From IMG/VR virus record IMGVR_UViG_3300006930_000006: a stretch of DNA of 64,000 nucleotides. One strand, given 5' to 3'. The notes beneath the pieces were generated by a model. That model saw only the letters and a program-made list of their open reading frames with translations, was not told the origin of the DNA and did no database searches. How positions within the stretch are numbered: the stretch's first letter is position 1; the number at the start of each line of letters is the position of its first letter. Below are positions 9,252 to 20,322 of the stretch, one piece after another. The position numbers were made by a program, and so were the translations under genes. The stretch is from an uncultured virus (IMG/VR IMGVR_UViG_3300006930_000006) (Duplodnaviria; Heunggongvirae; Uroviricota; Caudoviricetes).

Positions 9252-10971
9252 TTTGTGTCCTTTATCTCTTTTTTTATATTCTTGAGCATCATAGTATCAT
9301 ATTCAATAGAGTGTTTATGATTTGCTATATTAACTTCTAACTGCTCTTTTTTACTATTTAATTTACGAAGAGCATCCTTTTTAATTAGTTTTTCAAGGGC
9401 AACTTCATTTTTCTCTACTAAGAATCTTTCATCATCTTCTTCAAACCAATAACCACTTGTGAGCATATAACATACTCTATAATTATTATATTCTTTACCC
9501 ACAGAGTTAATACTGATATCTCGTTCAAAAGTAATTCTATTGATAGTGCTACTAACTGCCTTAATTTCATTAGCATAGCCATTAGCATAAAATACAGTAT
9601 CGCCGATGTTATGTTTTGTAGTAATTCCTTTTATTTCCATAGACTTATCCTTTCAATTTTTCTATTTCTTTTTCAATTTGTTTAAGCCTTTTGTTTTCAT
9701 ACTCAATATCATTTTTATGATTGTTTATATTGGTTTGTATCTGTTTCTTTTCTTTCTCAAGTTGTTGTTTACGGTGTTTCTTGATTAGTTTTTCTAATTT
9801 TTCCTTATTTTTCTCTACCAATATCTTTTTATCTTCTTCCCAAAAATACTTTCCATCTTCTGTGCCATATTGTATCTCAACACGGTTCTTTGGCTCACTA
9901 TTAAGTTCTGATATTTCTTCAACATTTATATAAGAAATTATAGTTTCTTTGACACCGTCAATGGTTTTAATGAATACCTTATCCCCGAGATTATATTTGG
10001 TTTCAATGCTTTTTGTTTTCATTCTTTACTCCGTCTAGATGCTAGTGATAATGATACCAATGTAATAATAAAAAATACTATAAATAATGCAATTACTGCG
10101 ATACCAGCATTATCAGTTTGGCTTTCTCCATAGTAAGATCTGCATAGCAAACTGTCGTCATTTTGTTTTATGCACTTAATATAACCAGGTTTTACATTTT
10201 TATTATCTAACTTAATTATATTATTTTCTTGTATATCCATTTTACCACTCATCATCTTCATTTTTTATTGCTTTTTGTATTTCTGGATCTGACTTTGACT
10301 TCTCAAATAATTCTTTTTCTTTTTTATCACGATCGTTATCATATCTTTCTGGAAAGTCTTTAACTGCCTTAAGAAATGCTTCTACAAATATCCGCATACA
10401 GGTCCTACAGTAGTCTCCGGCAATAGTCATTTCAAAACCAAGAGAATTTTCATCATCATAAGGTCTTGTATTATGACGCATATCAAAGTTGAATTGTCCT
10501 CTGTTATTATCCTTAATTGGACAGCCACAACCATCACAAGTATAAGAAATTACTTGTTTTTTAATTTCTTTTACAATTTCCATAGTCTTATCCTTTCAAT
10601 TTTTCTATTTCTTTTTCAAGTCGTACCAATTCTTCATTGTTTTCTTCTAAGGCTTTATTATATTTTTTATTAAGTTCAATGATACTACTCCTTAGATTCT
10701 CTAAATACATTAGACGAATAGCTTTATCACGATTACCAACTTCTTCTAAACTAGAGAATAACATATTATCACATTCTTTAACTTCTAGTTTATAGTTTCC
10801 TAGATTTACTGTATAAATTATTGTAATATCACGCATATCACCAATAAAGCTATTACAAACATCAATATCAACTTTTATGCTTATAATAGTACCTTCTATA
10901 ACAGCATCATCTTTTTTCAAGTAGACAGTGTCATCTAGATTAAACTTGGTCTTTACATCACTGAAATCCAT
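9245..10971 (-). other. Three paralogous early genes (9245..9640, 9645..10022, 10588..10971)
   Basis: Shared TK[HYF]N[IL][GD]D[TK]V[FY] start and KEI terminal coiled coil. Confidence 0.7.
9633..10619. repeat. 44-bp direct repeat (9633-9676 and 10576-10619, one mismatch)
   Basis: atttccatag[a/t]cttatcctttcaatttttctatttctttttcaa at both sites. Confidence 0.9.
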
Positions 10972-11130
10972 AATAAAACTACCTTTCTTCTATGATTTGC
11001 ACTAGTCTATAAACTTGATGTTTATATTTTTCCTTCATTAAAGTAATATAGTTCTTAGCTTCTTCTATATCTTTAAAGAAAGCTACTCTTCTCCAACTAT
11101 TACCACTTTGTTTTTGTAATTCAAACATAC

Positions 11131-12066
11131 TTAATCTACCTTTTCTGTTCTAAATAATATAATGTTTCTACCAGTCCTGCCAGTAACTTCTTGCGGAGTA
11201 CTATTGATACTTTCAAATAGTTTCCTTGCTGGCACCCTGGCTATTGTATTCATCTCATTTAGAACTTCGTTTACCTTGTTCTCTCTAATTGTTTTTCTAA
11301 AGGACTTCTCAGTATCATAATTAAGAATATCACAACGTAGAATTTCAAGTGTCATTCCTTCCTTAGCTACATATCTACTAAGCTTCCTATTATTCGTATC
11401 ATACACATAAAGCACCACGGAGTCAAATACTTTTTCAAGTTTCACTGATTTTAATTCTTGAAACTCTTTTAGATGCAAGGTATTCTTAATCTTTTGAAAT
11501 ACGGATAGCTCTTTCTTCTCTTGTGGATTTGTAAGCATCTTTGAAGCTTTAAGTATCTCAATTACTTTTGTATAGAATTCTTTAATATCATCAGCAATAT
11601 ACTCATCATTAATATCAACATTTAATTTTTCTAATGCAGTATCACGTGAATTTTTTGTGAATTCATCGATTTTTCGTTTGATATTTTCTATATTTTTGGT
11701 TCCAAGTAGAATCTCGTCCTCGATATACTGGTATAACATCAATTCCTTGCCCCTTTTCTTAACGACTGGTGGGGTCGAAATAACTTTTTGGTACATACCT
11801 AGCAGAACTTTCATCTTTGTATCACGATATTCGATATCTTCTGGTGATAATTGTGCACCAAATTCGGAAAGCATAAACAATTTACCCAAAGAACGGAATT
11901 CCCAGTCTGGTATCAAACTTAGATCTTCCTGCAATACTTTTTCGGTATGTTCTTTCATTGTAGAATAATCCAACTCGTTTAATGTATTCATACCTATTAA
12001 CTTATCAGTCTCGTAAGTAGATGATACATAGTGGATATTACTAAAATTATAGTTTAGTTGTTTCAT
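11131..12066 (-). CDS. Conserved hypothetical protein of T4-like phages
   Basis: YDTNNRKLSRYVA...YDTEKSFRKTIR...TGR C-terminal pattern recalled from T4-like phages. Confidence 0.5.
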   Translation of the reverse strand: MKQLNYNFSNIHYVSSTYETDKLIGMNTLNELDYSTMKEHTEKVLQEDLSLIPDWEFRSLGKLFMLSEFGAQLSPEDIEYRDTKMKVLLGMYQKVISTPPVVKKRGKELMLYQYIEDEILLGTKNIENIKRKIDEFTKNSRDTALEKLNVDINDEYIADDIKEFYTKVIEILKASKMLTNPQEKKELSVFQKIKNTLHLKEFQELKSVKLEKVFDSVVLYVYDTNNRKLSRYVAKEGMTLEILRCDILNYDTEKSFRKTIRENKVNEVLNEMNTIARVPARKLFESINSTPQEVTGRTGRNIILFRTEKVD

Positions 12067-12317
12067 TAGGAAGAACTTCGCTCATCTGTAATTTTTTGCC
12101 ATCTTTATCAACGACATAGCCATCTCTGGCATATAGTTCACTGATATAGAACTCTTTTAGATCCTTGGTTCTTTGTTTTGATTGCTCGGCTTTAGCAGAC
12201 TGTATTCTATTATATTCTTCATCTGTGATTATTTTAGCTAGTAACATTTTGGTTCCCTTTCCTATTAAGTTACTTTTCCTATATAACATAAACAAAACAA
12301 AAAGTCAATAGAAATCT

Positions 12318-12881
12318 TTACTGTAAATTATGCGCAGTTTTAGCTATATAATAAGCATCTATTAAATCTGACACTGGACTACCTGGTTCTTTCTTTTTAT
12401 AATCAAGCACTTGTATTAAATCTATCTTAGTTTCTTCTAGAAAGGCTTGGTAGATAAGATCCTTTTTGCCGGAGCCTTTGCCAGTAGCTAGTTTCTTTAT
12501 ATGTGTTGGGGATATTTCATCTGGTATGATATTTAATTGAGACCATAGTTTATATTTAAGTAGACCACAGTTCTCAGCTATATGGAATACTCTACCCATT
12601 GCTCCAAAGGCATAGTCTTCTAAAGCAATTCTTACGAGCTCTTTGTTTGGTATGTTTTCTTTTATGAAACTAATCATCTCATCAGCTATATTGGAATAAC
12701 GAATAATCTTGGTTGGATGCTCTGAGACTGATTTACAATAGATTGAATTAAGATAGCAGCCGTAGTACTTCTTGGTATTATTGAGTACTAGGAACTTGCA
12801 GTTAGAGAAAGAAAAACTATCACCGTGATGAATACAAATAGCTGGACTTGTTGTTGAATAATCTATACCGATTGCATACAT
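12318..12881 (-). CDS. RuvC-like (RNase H fold) nuclease / resolvase
   Basis: IGIDYS, LEDYAFG, IKKLATGKG, DLIDAYYIA; start at 12881 downstream of late promoter 12913-12920. Confidence 0.8.
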   Translation of the reverse strand: MYAIGIDYSTTSPAICIHHGDSFSFSNCKFLVLNNTKKYYGCYLNSIYCKSVSEHPTKIIRYSNIADEMISFIKENIPNKELVRIALEDYAFGAMGRVFHIAENCGLLKYKLWSQLNIIPDEISPTHIKKLATGKGSGKKDLIYQAFLEETKIDLIQVLDYKKKEPGSPVSDLIDAYYIAKTAHNLQ

Positions 12882-13015
12882 AATAAAAATACCTCCGTTG
12901 TTTCTACGAAGGTATTTATATTTCAAGGATTTTTTTGTTTCAAGTAGATGAAGTCAAGTTTTACAACTGGACAACAATAATTCATTTATATACTAATTCT
13001 TAGAATTGTCAAGAG

Positions 13016-16000
13016 TTATTTTATAACTAACTTAGATTCTTTTATAAATGCCTTTGCACTAATAAGTTTTGATAAATCAGAGTAGATTCCAGATAGATTC
13101 TTTACAAGTTGACTAACCTTAGGACTATTTGATTTTTCAAGTCTTTTAAGTATCTGGCTGATATTTGCTTTTAACCCATAAGCTTCGGATTCTGGTATAG
13201 ATTGTCCTTTACTTACTTTTGGTTGGATTACAGATATATAATCATTAGCAAAACTTAATAATTCACCACCAACTAGATCTCTATCTGACATTAGATTGCC
13301 AATAATAGTCTTATATGAGTTGAATAATCTAGCAAAGTCAGATTTGATATCTTCTTTTAGTACAACTTTAAACATATTTTATTCCTTATCATAAGTTGAA
13401 GCTTTAACAGATTTATATTCAGTATATTCGTCTTCTTTATCAGCTGACATATCACGCAGACTTTTAATTTTGGACTGCGCAGTATCACTATCAGGATAAG
13501 AGCCAAGGTTGGTTTCACTTACTTTGCGATACTTTTTAGCTATCACATAGTACTTTTCTGGTTCACCATCATTGGCTTCGTTTAAGAATCTATTAAAGCT
13601 TTTCATTGTTTTGCCTTTAATCTTTCTAATTCGTGTGATATAACGTCTCTATCAATCATTAAATTATATTGTCTTTGTGCAATATCAGTATAACTATTGA
13701 TATCTTTTTCTAATTTGTCTAGATTATTACTATTTATACCAGACTCCGTAAAAACATCATCTATATTATTTAATCTTGGTTGTAAGTTATGTAATCTACG
13801 AAATGGTGTTTCAAATCTGTATAGTATTCCTGAGTTCTTAATTATATCACGGTTATAATCTTCCCATATTCTTTTAATTTCTTCTAAGGAAACCTTGATA
13901 CTATTATACCAGGAACTTATATCGTGATAATTAAGATTACCAGTATTAAATATATGCTTGTCAAATATTTTAAGAACCTTATCAGAAGTCATATCGTTTA
14001 TACTTTTGTTTAACTTGGATCTTTCAGTTGTTAGTGTTTTCTTTATAGTTTCCAATTTTGACGCATTTTCTTTTTCAGATTTTAGATAATAATCAAGACT
14101 TGGTTTTGTACTAACTTCCTTTAATATCACTTTAAACATTTTTACTTAAATCCATATTTGTTCATAATAGACTTTACTTCTGCATCTAGTTTATTGGCTG
14201 CATTAAGTAAATCGTTTTGTATTTGTCTTGTTAGTACAGATAAATCCTTACCTTTTGCAACTAATTTATAAGGATTACCACCGATACTACCAAAGCAGCT
14301 AAGAATACAGTGTGCTTCAAAATCTTCTTTTGGATTAGCTGGTACCATCTCAATAGCTATACCACCACTGATATTATCAAAAGCAACTTTATCACCAGAT
14401 CTATGGGATTCTTTTATCATTGTTTTATCCTAATATGTTATAGTTACCGCTACGAGCAGCATCTAACACTTTATTTACTGAATTGATTAAACCACTTAGT
14501 AATCTTTGGTCTAATCTTAATTCACCTTGTAAATCAGGAGTTAGTTGATGACGTAAATCGTTTATTGCTTCTACAACAGCATTAACTTCTTTCATAACAC
14601 CACGACTTAAGCCTTTACTGCGAATTAAATACCAATTAGATGCTAATCTTTCAATAGCACCTTCAACAGTTTTAATTTGGTCTTTAGTAAACTTATGTGA
14701 TTTTGGATCTTTTTCTAAATCTTTTCTAATGTCGTATAAGTTACCACTAACATCTCTGTCTGTTAGTTTTAGAATTAAACCACTGATTTCATCTTTAAGA
14801 GATGCTTCATTAAGTTTGCTTTCACCTAAACCTTCGGCAGCCATTAATTTTGCTTTTAATGTTTTTGCTGCACTAGCTGGTCCTTTATTATTAGAAACCA
14901 AATAAGTTAATGTGCCAATAACATCTTTAAAATCAATCATAGCTCTATTGTTATACTTAGATGCTTTCATAATGTTGTTCCAGCCATTCTCTAAACGTGT
15001 TGAATAACCAGATAAAGAACCATATTTCATAGTTTCAATAATCTTTCTAACGTTTTTGTCCAAGGCCTTTAAGTTAGCAAGTATATCACCAGCTTCGTTA
15101 AGTTTGCCTTCTTTTAAAAATACTTTAAATGTTTTCATTGTTTTTATTCCTTATTTAATATACTTGTCGTCACTATAATCTTTATATTCTATAACAGCAT
15201 CTCTAATTGCTGCTAGTATTCTTGCTCTATTATATAGTATTTTATCTAATTTAACTAATTCCATACGTTGTTCATTAGTTACTAATTTTGGATTGAGGGC
15301 TTTATGTATATCTTTAACTTCTTCATTTACATCATCAATAAGTCTTGATATATGATTATAATCAACCGGCTTTAGAATTGCTTTTATAAAAGCACCTGTT
15401 TCAGTTGCTGATTTTATTGCAGAATCAAGAATTTGAGATGGTTTAATATCTTCTTTTAATAGAGTACTTTTTACCTTAAACATTTTATCTACGTCCTAAT
15501 CTACGCATTCTAATAACAGCTGCAACTTGTTCTGCGTTTAGAACTCTCGTTGGCACAATTTGTTCTTTTGGTGCTGGTGCAACTGGTTGTTGTACTTGTC
15601 TTGCTACTGGGGCAACTGGTGCTTCCACCGTATTTACCACAGCATCTTTTACTTCTGGAACTGACTTAACAATCTTATCTTCTACGATCTTATTGTCAAC
15701 TTTCTTGCCAGTTCTAATCTTATCATTTTTTGCCATATTATATTCCTTTTATTAATTTAATTATTTATATTTCATAATCAATGCCCAAGTATACAGCACT
15801 ATTCGTGTGCTGACAATCTACATATATAGTTCTTCTACCCGGACTCATAACTTTTGTAAATAACAATTTACCTTTTCTACCACCTTTCGGTATATTATAT
15901 TTACGTAAATCATCATTAAGGTAATTCTTAAAAGATATAGACTCTTGAGAAGATAATGAAATCACAGATTCTATATTGACATTCTGTGGAGAAACATCTC

Positions 16001-16115
16001 TTAATTTTTCTTCTAATTCAGAAACAGTCTTTATTTTATCATTAGTTTCTATATACTTAACTAGGGCAGTAGATTCTTTTAATACATTTTCTACTATACA
16101 TACCTTAAAAGACAT
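13016..16115 (-). other. Cluster of eight small late genes, mostly putative internal head proteins
   Basis: N-termini MFKVVLKED, MKSFNRFLNEA, MFKVILKEV, MIKES, MKTFKVFLKEG, MFKVKSTLLKED, MSFKV..LKES; TATAAATA at 15762-15769. Confidence 0.65.
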
Positions 16116-16116
16116 C

Positions 16117-18021
16117 TTATATTCCTTTTATTAAATTGTAGTAACCATAGCACTTCTCATTGTCGTGTAGTGGTATTAGACTAAACAATAATGATTTTGT
16201 AATGGTCTTTACATTTTCTAACTCTTCCCGTGTATTTCCATTTAGAAACTCACGTTCAAAAGCTTTACTAAAATTACTAATTACCATACTATTTATACTT
16301 CTTGAGTTTAGCACAAAATCATATCCTATTAAACTTTGGTATAACTTAGCATAGTCATATAACATATCTCCACCGATTGTCAACTCTTTTCCGACTTTAC
16401 CACGCATATCAATAAACTTTAGTTTGCCGTCGGGTGTCTTTATGATATTGGTAAGTACCGGATCCCCGTGGATTGTGCACTGTTTTCCAAGTTTCCTATC
16501 TTCGTATATATTTAGTTCTGCTATTAGATCTTTATAGACTACTTCGGATCCATCAAACTTATTATAACCTTCATATTCATTATATCTTTTCTTTAGTTTG
16601 TCCGTATAGTTAGAATAGATGTTTATCTTATCTTGGTTTGGGATACTGTGTATCGTTCTGAGCGCTTTAAAGACTTCTGCTATATCAGATTCTTTTAATA
16701 AACCATTGATATATAACTGAGAAAGTGTTAACCCTTGCACGTTTTCCATTATCAGAGTCTTTTCTTTTACTTCTGCGTTTGGAAAGTATTCACGTAGTTG
16801 TTCTGGTATATGTTGGTAATAGTATAACTCACCTTCAAAGTCCTTGGAAGTGCTTGTTTTAATTACCTTTTTGTCTTCTATTGTAAGATTATTAAAAGAT
16901 CTTGTATCAATCTTTAGATTATAATAACCAAGTTCTTTCTCTAAATCATTGAAAGCATCTATTGCCAAGTCATCTATGTAATAATGAGCATAAGGTTTAC
17001 CAAAGTGTAATTCGTGATAAGGTATACCAAACTTCTTTAGTGAGTCCTTGGTCAGTTCTCCAACTTCGGCAATTACTTTCTGCACGTCACCATTATGTGT
17101 TTTCATACGCCTTGCGGTATGTAGAATAATATAATGTCCTTGTAGATAAAGATTACGTAGAATACTAATGTTCTTTTCTATTGGCTTGCAAGTTGTATAG
17201 TCACCTTTTACTTCTGGTACCGTGAGTAAGGTATTGTCTATATCAAAGCAGAATCTCTTTTGTTCAAACTCTATACTATTGGAAAACAACTTTACTAGGT
17301 CTGGTGTTCCAAGACAAGAAAAGTTTGTTATTTCAATAGCTTTAATGGTTTCATCTGTTTCGGCAAGCATTCTACGGTAAACATCAGAAGTATAATACTC
17401 ACCTTTGGTCTTGTATTCATTATGTCTTAGAATAGCTTCTGTATTCAACATTAAGCCAAGTGCATTTCTGAATAGATACGCACCCACGCAAGCGTAGTCA
17501 CTTATCTTTTCTTTTTCTTTAATGCTGATAACTTCACCCGTAGAATTAGTAGATATATACGAATATATTGGATTTGGCGAAACATCTGTAAAATAAAATA
17601 TACCATTAGTGTTTTCTTTCTCAATGAAGTCCTTTGCTTTACCAATAATATCTTCTCTATGAAAAGTATCTCCGTCCAGCAATAAAACTGGTTCATTGTA
17701 AAGATTAGTAACTTTGTCTTTTAATTGTTGCGAATTGATTGCTATATTAACTGTCTCGGCAGCACCACGAGTCTGTTCTTTTAGTTCTATAAAAGTAAAC
17801 TTAATGTTTGGATATCTTAGATGAAGTCTATCTCTAAAGTTGAAACTGTTTAACTTTATATCATAAGGTATAACTAAAGTATCTGTTTCACCAACTTTAA
17901 GATTATCAATTAACCAATAGATAATCTCTTTACCACAGACTTTTACTAAAGGTTTTGGATAGTTGTATCCATTATCACGGAATCTTGTACCCAGGCCACC
18001 CATTGGTATTATAACAATCAT
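16117..18021 (-). CDS. Trifunctional nucleotidyltransferase + HAD phosphatase + APH/choline-kinase-like phosphotransferase
   Basis: IIPMGGLGTRF/PKPL/LLDGD; FDIDNTL/HTAR/KP/DD; HGDPVLTNI/FIDMRG/YDYAKL. Confidence 0.85.
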   Translation of the reverse strand: MIVIIPMGGLGTRFRDNGYNYPKPLVKVCGKEIIYWLIDNLKVGETDTLVIPYDIKLNSFNFRDRLHLRYPNIKFTFIELKEQTRGAAETVNIAINSQQLKDKVTNLYNEPVLLLDGDTFHREDIIGKAKDFIEKENTNGIFYFTDVSPNPIYSYISTNSTGEVISIKEKEKISDYACVGAYLFRNALGLMLNTEAILRHNEYKTKGEYYTSDVYRRMLAETDETIKAIEITNFSCLGTPDLVKLFSNSIEFEQKRFCFDIDNTLLTVPEVKGDYTTCKPIEKNISILRNLYLQGHYIILHTARRMKTHNGDVQKVIAEVGELTKDSLKKFGIPYHELHFGKPYAHYYIDDLAIDAFNDLEKELGYYNLKIDTRSFNNLTIEDKKVIKTSTSKDFEGELYYYQHIPEQLREYFPNAEVKEKTLIMENVQGLTLSQLYINGLLKESDIAEVFKALRTIHSIPNQDKINIYSNYTDKLKKRYNEYEGYNKFDGSEVVYKDLIAELNIYEDRKLGKQCTIHGDPVLTNIIKTPDGKLKFIDMRGKVGKELTIGGDMLYDYAKLYQSLIGYDFVLNSRSINSMVISNFSKAFEREFLNGNTREELENVKTITKSLLFSLIPLHDNEKCYGYYNLIKGI

Positions 18022-18033
18022 TTTATATCTCCG

Positions 18034-18492
18034 TTAGAATTTCACACTCTCATCAATCTTACCGGTGTTTCTTAATAATGTATAGATCTTACCAGTTATA
18101 ATCTCTTGCTTTCTTGATAACTCTTCTACTTGTTTGATATTCTTTAGATTATCAGCTTCTACCACAAGTATAAAATCTTTCATACGTGAGAAAAAGTGTC
18201 TTACTTCTGAAGCCCCTTTGAAAAAGTATTCATTGGCTTTACCGATATTGTTGGACTCAACTTTCTTATTAAAGTCCGAGATAGTATTGACATCATTCTT
18301 TATCCAGTAGTAAGAATTAGCAGTTGCTGGCACTTTTCTTAAATAATGTTCGTGGTCACGTGGATCCAGATTCTGTACTGCATAATCAAACTTTACCCAA
18401 GCCTCGGAGCAGATTCTATATAGTTCTCTCCACAGCACTTTTAAGTCAGCTTTGAGTTTCTCTTCATTATTATATTCTAAAAATGTTTGCAT
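18034..18492 (-). CDS. Putative internal head protein
   Basis: MQTFLEY leader resembles the T4 IP targeting peptide; late promoter TATAAATA at 18522-18529. Confidence 0.5.
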   Translation of the reverse strand: MQTFLEYNNEEKLKADLKVLWRELYRICSEAWVKFDYAVQNLDPRDHEHYLRKVPATANSYYWIKNDVNTISDFNKKVESNNIGKANEYFFKGASEVRHFFSRMKDFILVVEADNLKNIKQVEELSRKQEIITGKIYTLLRNTGKIDESVKF

Positions 18493-18530
18493 TATTTTAT
18501 TCCTTATAAATTACTTATATGTATTTATAA

Positions 18531-19313
18531 CTACAGCCATTTATCTCGCTCACGCATATTTGCAGACATCTGAGGAATCTGAGCAAAAGGAACCCCTACG
18601 AACTTACTACGAATAGTTTTATAAATTATTGGATATTCAATAACATAAAGGTTGGTCTTACAACGTAGATAATACTCGTATAGAAACTCTGGTGTAATCC
18701 AAGGTCTACAACGAATATCTCGTCTTAAAAATGGTCCTTTATATGGTGTCATCATACGTTCACGATGAGCATTATGCAAACTACTAACCAACCAGGTATA
18801 ATGGTCTGCATAAGCGGTTGCCTCTAAACCCCCAGCAATACATCCGTGGTCGTTTAGACCAGAGCACTGACTATGATTGGGTAAATAGATATGCCTTGGC
18901 TTGATATTGGATAACTGGAATCTAATCGGACAATCATAGATCTCATCTGGTCTGCCTATGTGTACAATATCAAACTTAAAGTTATTCTTTTTCTCATAGT
19001 TTATACGTAGATTATTGCAGATCTTTCTACCATAGGCTTGATGGAAGACATTTTCTGGTCTATCCATATCCGTTGGTAGATGACTACACCTAGCAACATC
19101 AGTAGAAAAGTCCTTGGTGTGCATAAACAAAAATGTGCAGTTCTCAAAACAAGATAAAACAGTATCTTCATCTTCTTTAGACAACTGGTCATTCCACAAG
19201 GTTAGAAAATAATGTGGTTGATATTCTGGACTATTCCAGGCTTCTTTAATACCCTTGGCACATTCTACAACTGTTCTTGGAGCACCAGATATCTGTACTG
19301 CTACGCTTACCAT
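18531..19313 (-). CDS. Putative glycosyltransferase-like protein (paralogue of 19579..20322)
   Basis: VAVQISGAPR, FDIVHIGRPD, GLNDH, PEFL pattern. Confidence 0.55.
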   Translation of the reverse strand: MVSVAVQISGAPRTVVECAKGIKEAWNSPEYQPHYFLTLWNDQLSKEDEDTVLSCFENCTFLFMHTKDFSTDVARCSHLPTDMDRPENVFHQAYGRKICNNLRINYEKKNNFKFDIVHIGRPDEIYDCPIRFQLSNIKPRHIYLPNHSQCSGLNDHGCIAGGLEATAYADHYTWLVSSLHNAHRERMMTPYKGPFLRRDIRCRPWITPEFLYEYYLRCKTNLYVIEYPIIYKTIRSKFVGVPFAQIPQMSANMRERDKWL

Positions 19314-19578
19314 TACTTCACCTCTTTATTAAACTTATCTATAGATAGAATCTTACCATATATGTATCTTTGTAATTCTACGGTATGACCCAATAAACCA
19401 CGCATTGCTTCTGTATCAGATACCGCATTGATATCTTTTGGTATATTCGTAAAGACACAGTTTTTCATTGTATTGAAAAAGTCAATCGCAGTCTTATGTC
19501 TAAAGCATCTTAAGTCCCAACTCTCATTTTTTGTTGATATCTTAATAACATAATGAGGAACTAGTTTATAAATTATTT

Positions 19579-20322
19579 TCATAGTACATTGTCTCTCCAA
19601 GCCGAATTGTCCTTTGGTATTTCACTAAAAGAAGCACCTATAAACTTACTCCGTAGTATTCTATACTGTATAGGCTTCTTTACTACTACTTGTTGCATAC
19701 TGTCAAGATATTGTCTTAATAGAAACTCCGGTGCTATCCAAAAGGATTCCGGATGCTGTATCTTGCTATACTTAGTATGACGCAATCTATTTATATCCAA
19801 TCTGCATAACCAATTATACCACTCACAATAATGGTCCATACCGTAAGCATTGCCAATAGCTATCTGGTCATTGAAGCCACTATAATGACCGAAGTCTGGT
19901 ATTATGATTAGATTCGGACGATGCAAAAGACCAGCATTTTCATTGATTGGTAAAGGTGCTCCATAAGTGTTATCTGTTCTAGTGCGAACTACAACATCGT
20001 ATTTCTTATGTTCTTGTTTTTCAATGGTTTTTCTTAGTTGATGACAAACAAAGGTGGAATATGCTTGTGGAAAGACATTACCCGGTTCGTATCTACCATA
20101 GTTATATTGCTTTTCTAGGTATGAGAAGTCTTTAACTGGTATAAAAGTATAGTAAACTTTATTGAATAGATTGATTATACGATCTTGTTCTTTAGGATCC
20201 TCTTCACCAACTATACATAGAAAAAAGTCGTATTCGTGATTTGGTTCCAGATTAGATAATAATACTGGTATACAGTGTTCTATGGTTCTCTTAGGACCGG
20301 ATATTTGAATAGCAACTTTCAT
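19579..20322 (-). CDS. Putative glycosyltransferase-like protein
   Basis: KVAIQISG, YDVVVRTRTD, GFNDQIAIG, PEFLL pattern. Confidence 0.6.
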   Translation of the reverse strand: MKVAIQISGPKRTIEHCIPVLLSNLEPNHEYDFFLCIVGEEDPKEQDRIINLFNKVYYTFIPVKDFSYLEKQYNYGRYEPGNVFPQAYSTFVCHQLRKTIEKQEHKKYDVVVRTRTDNTYGAPLPINENAGLLHRPNLIIIPDFGHYSGFNDQIAIGNAYGMDHYCEWYNWLCRLDINRLRHTKYSKIQHPESFWIAPEFLLRQYLDSMQQVVVKKPIQYRILRSKFIGASFSEIPKDNSAWRDNVL

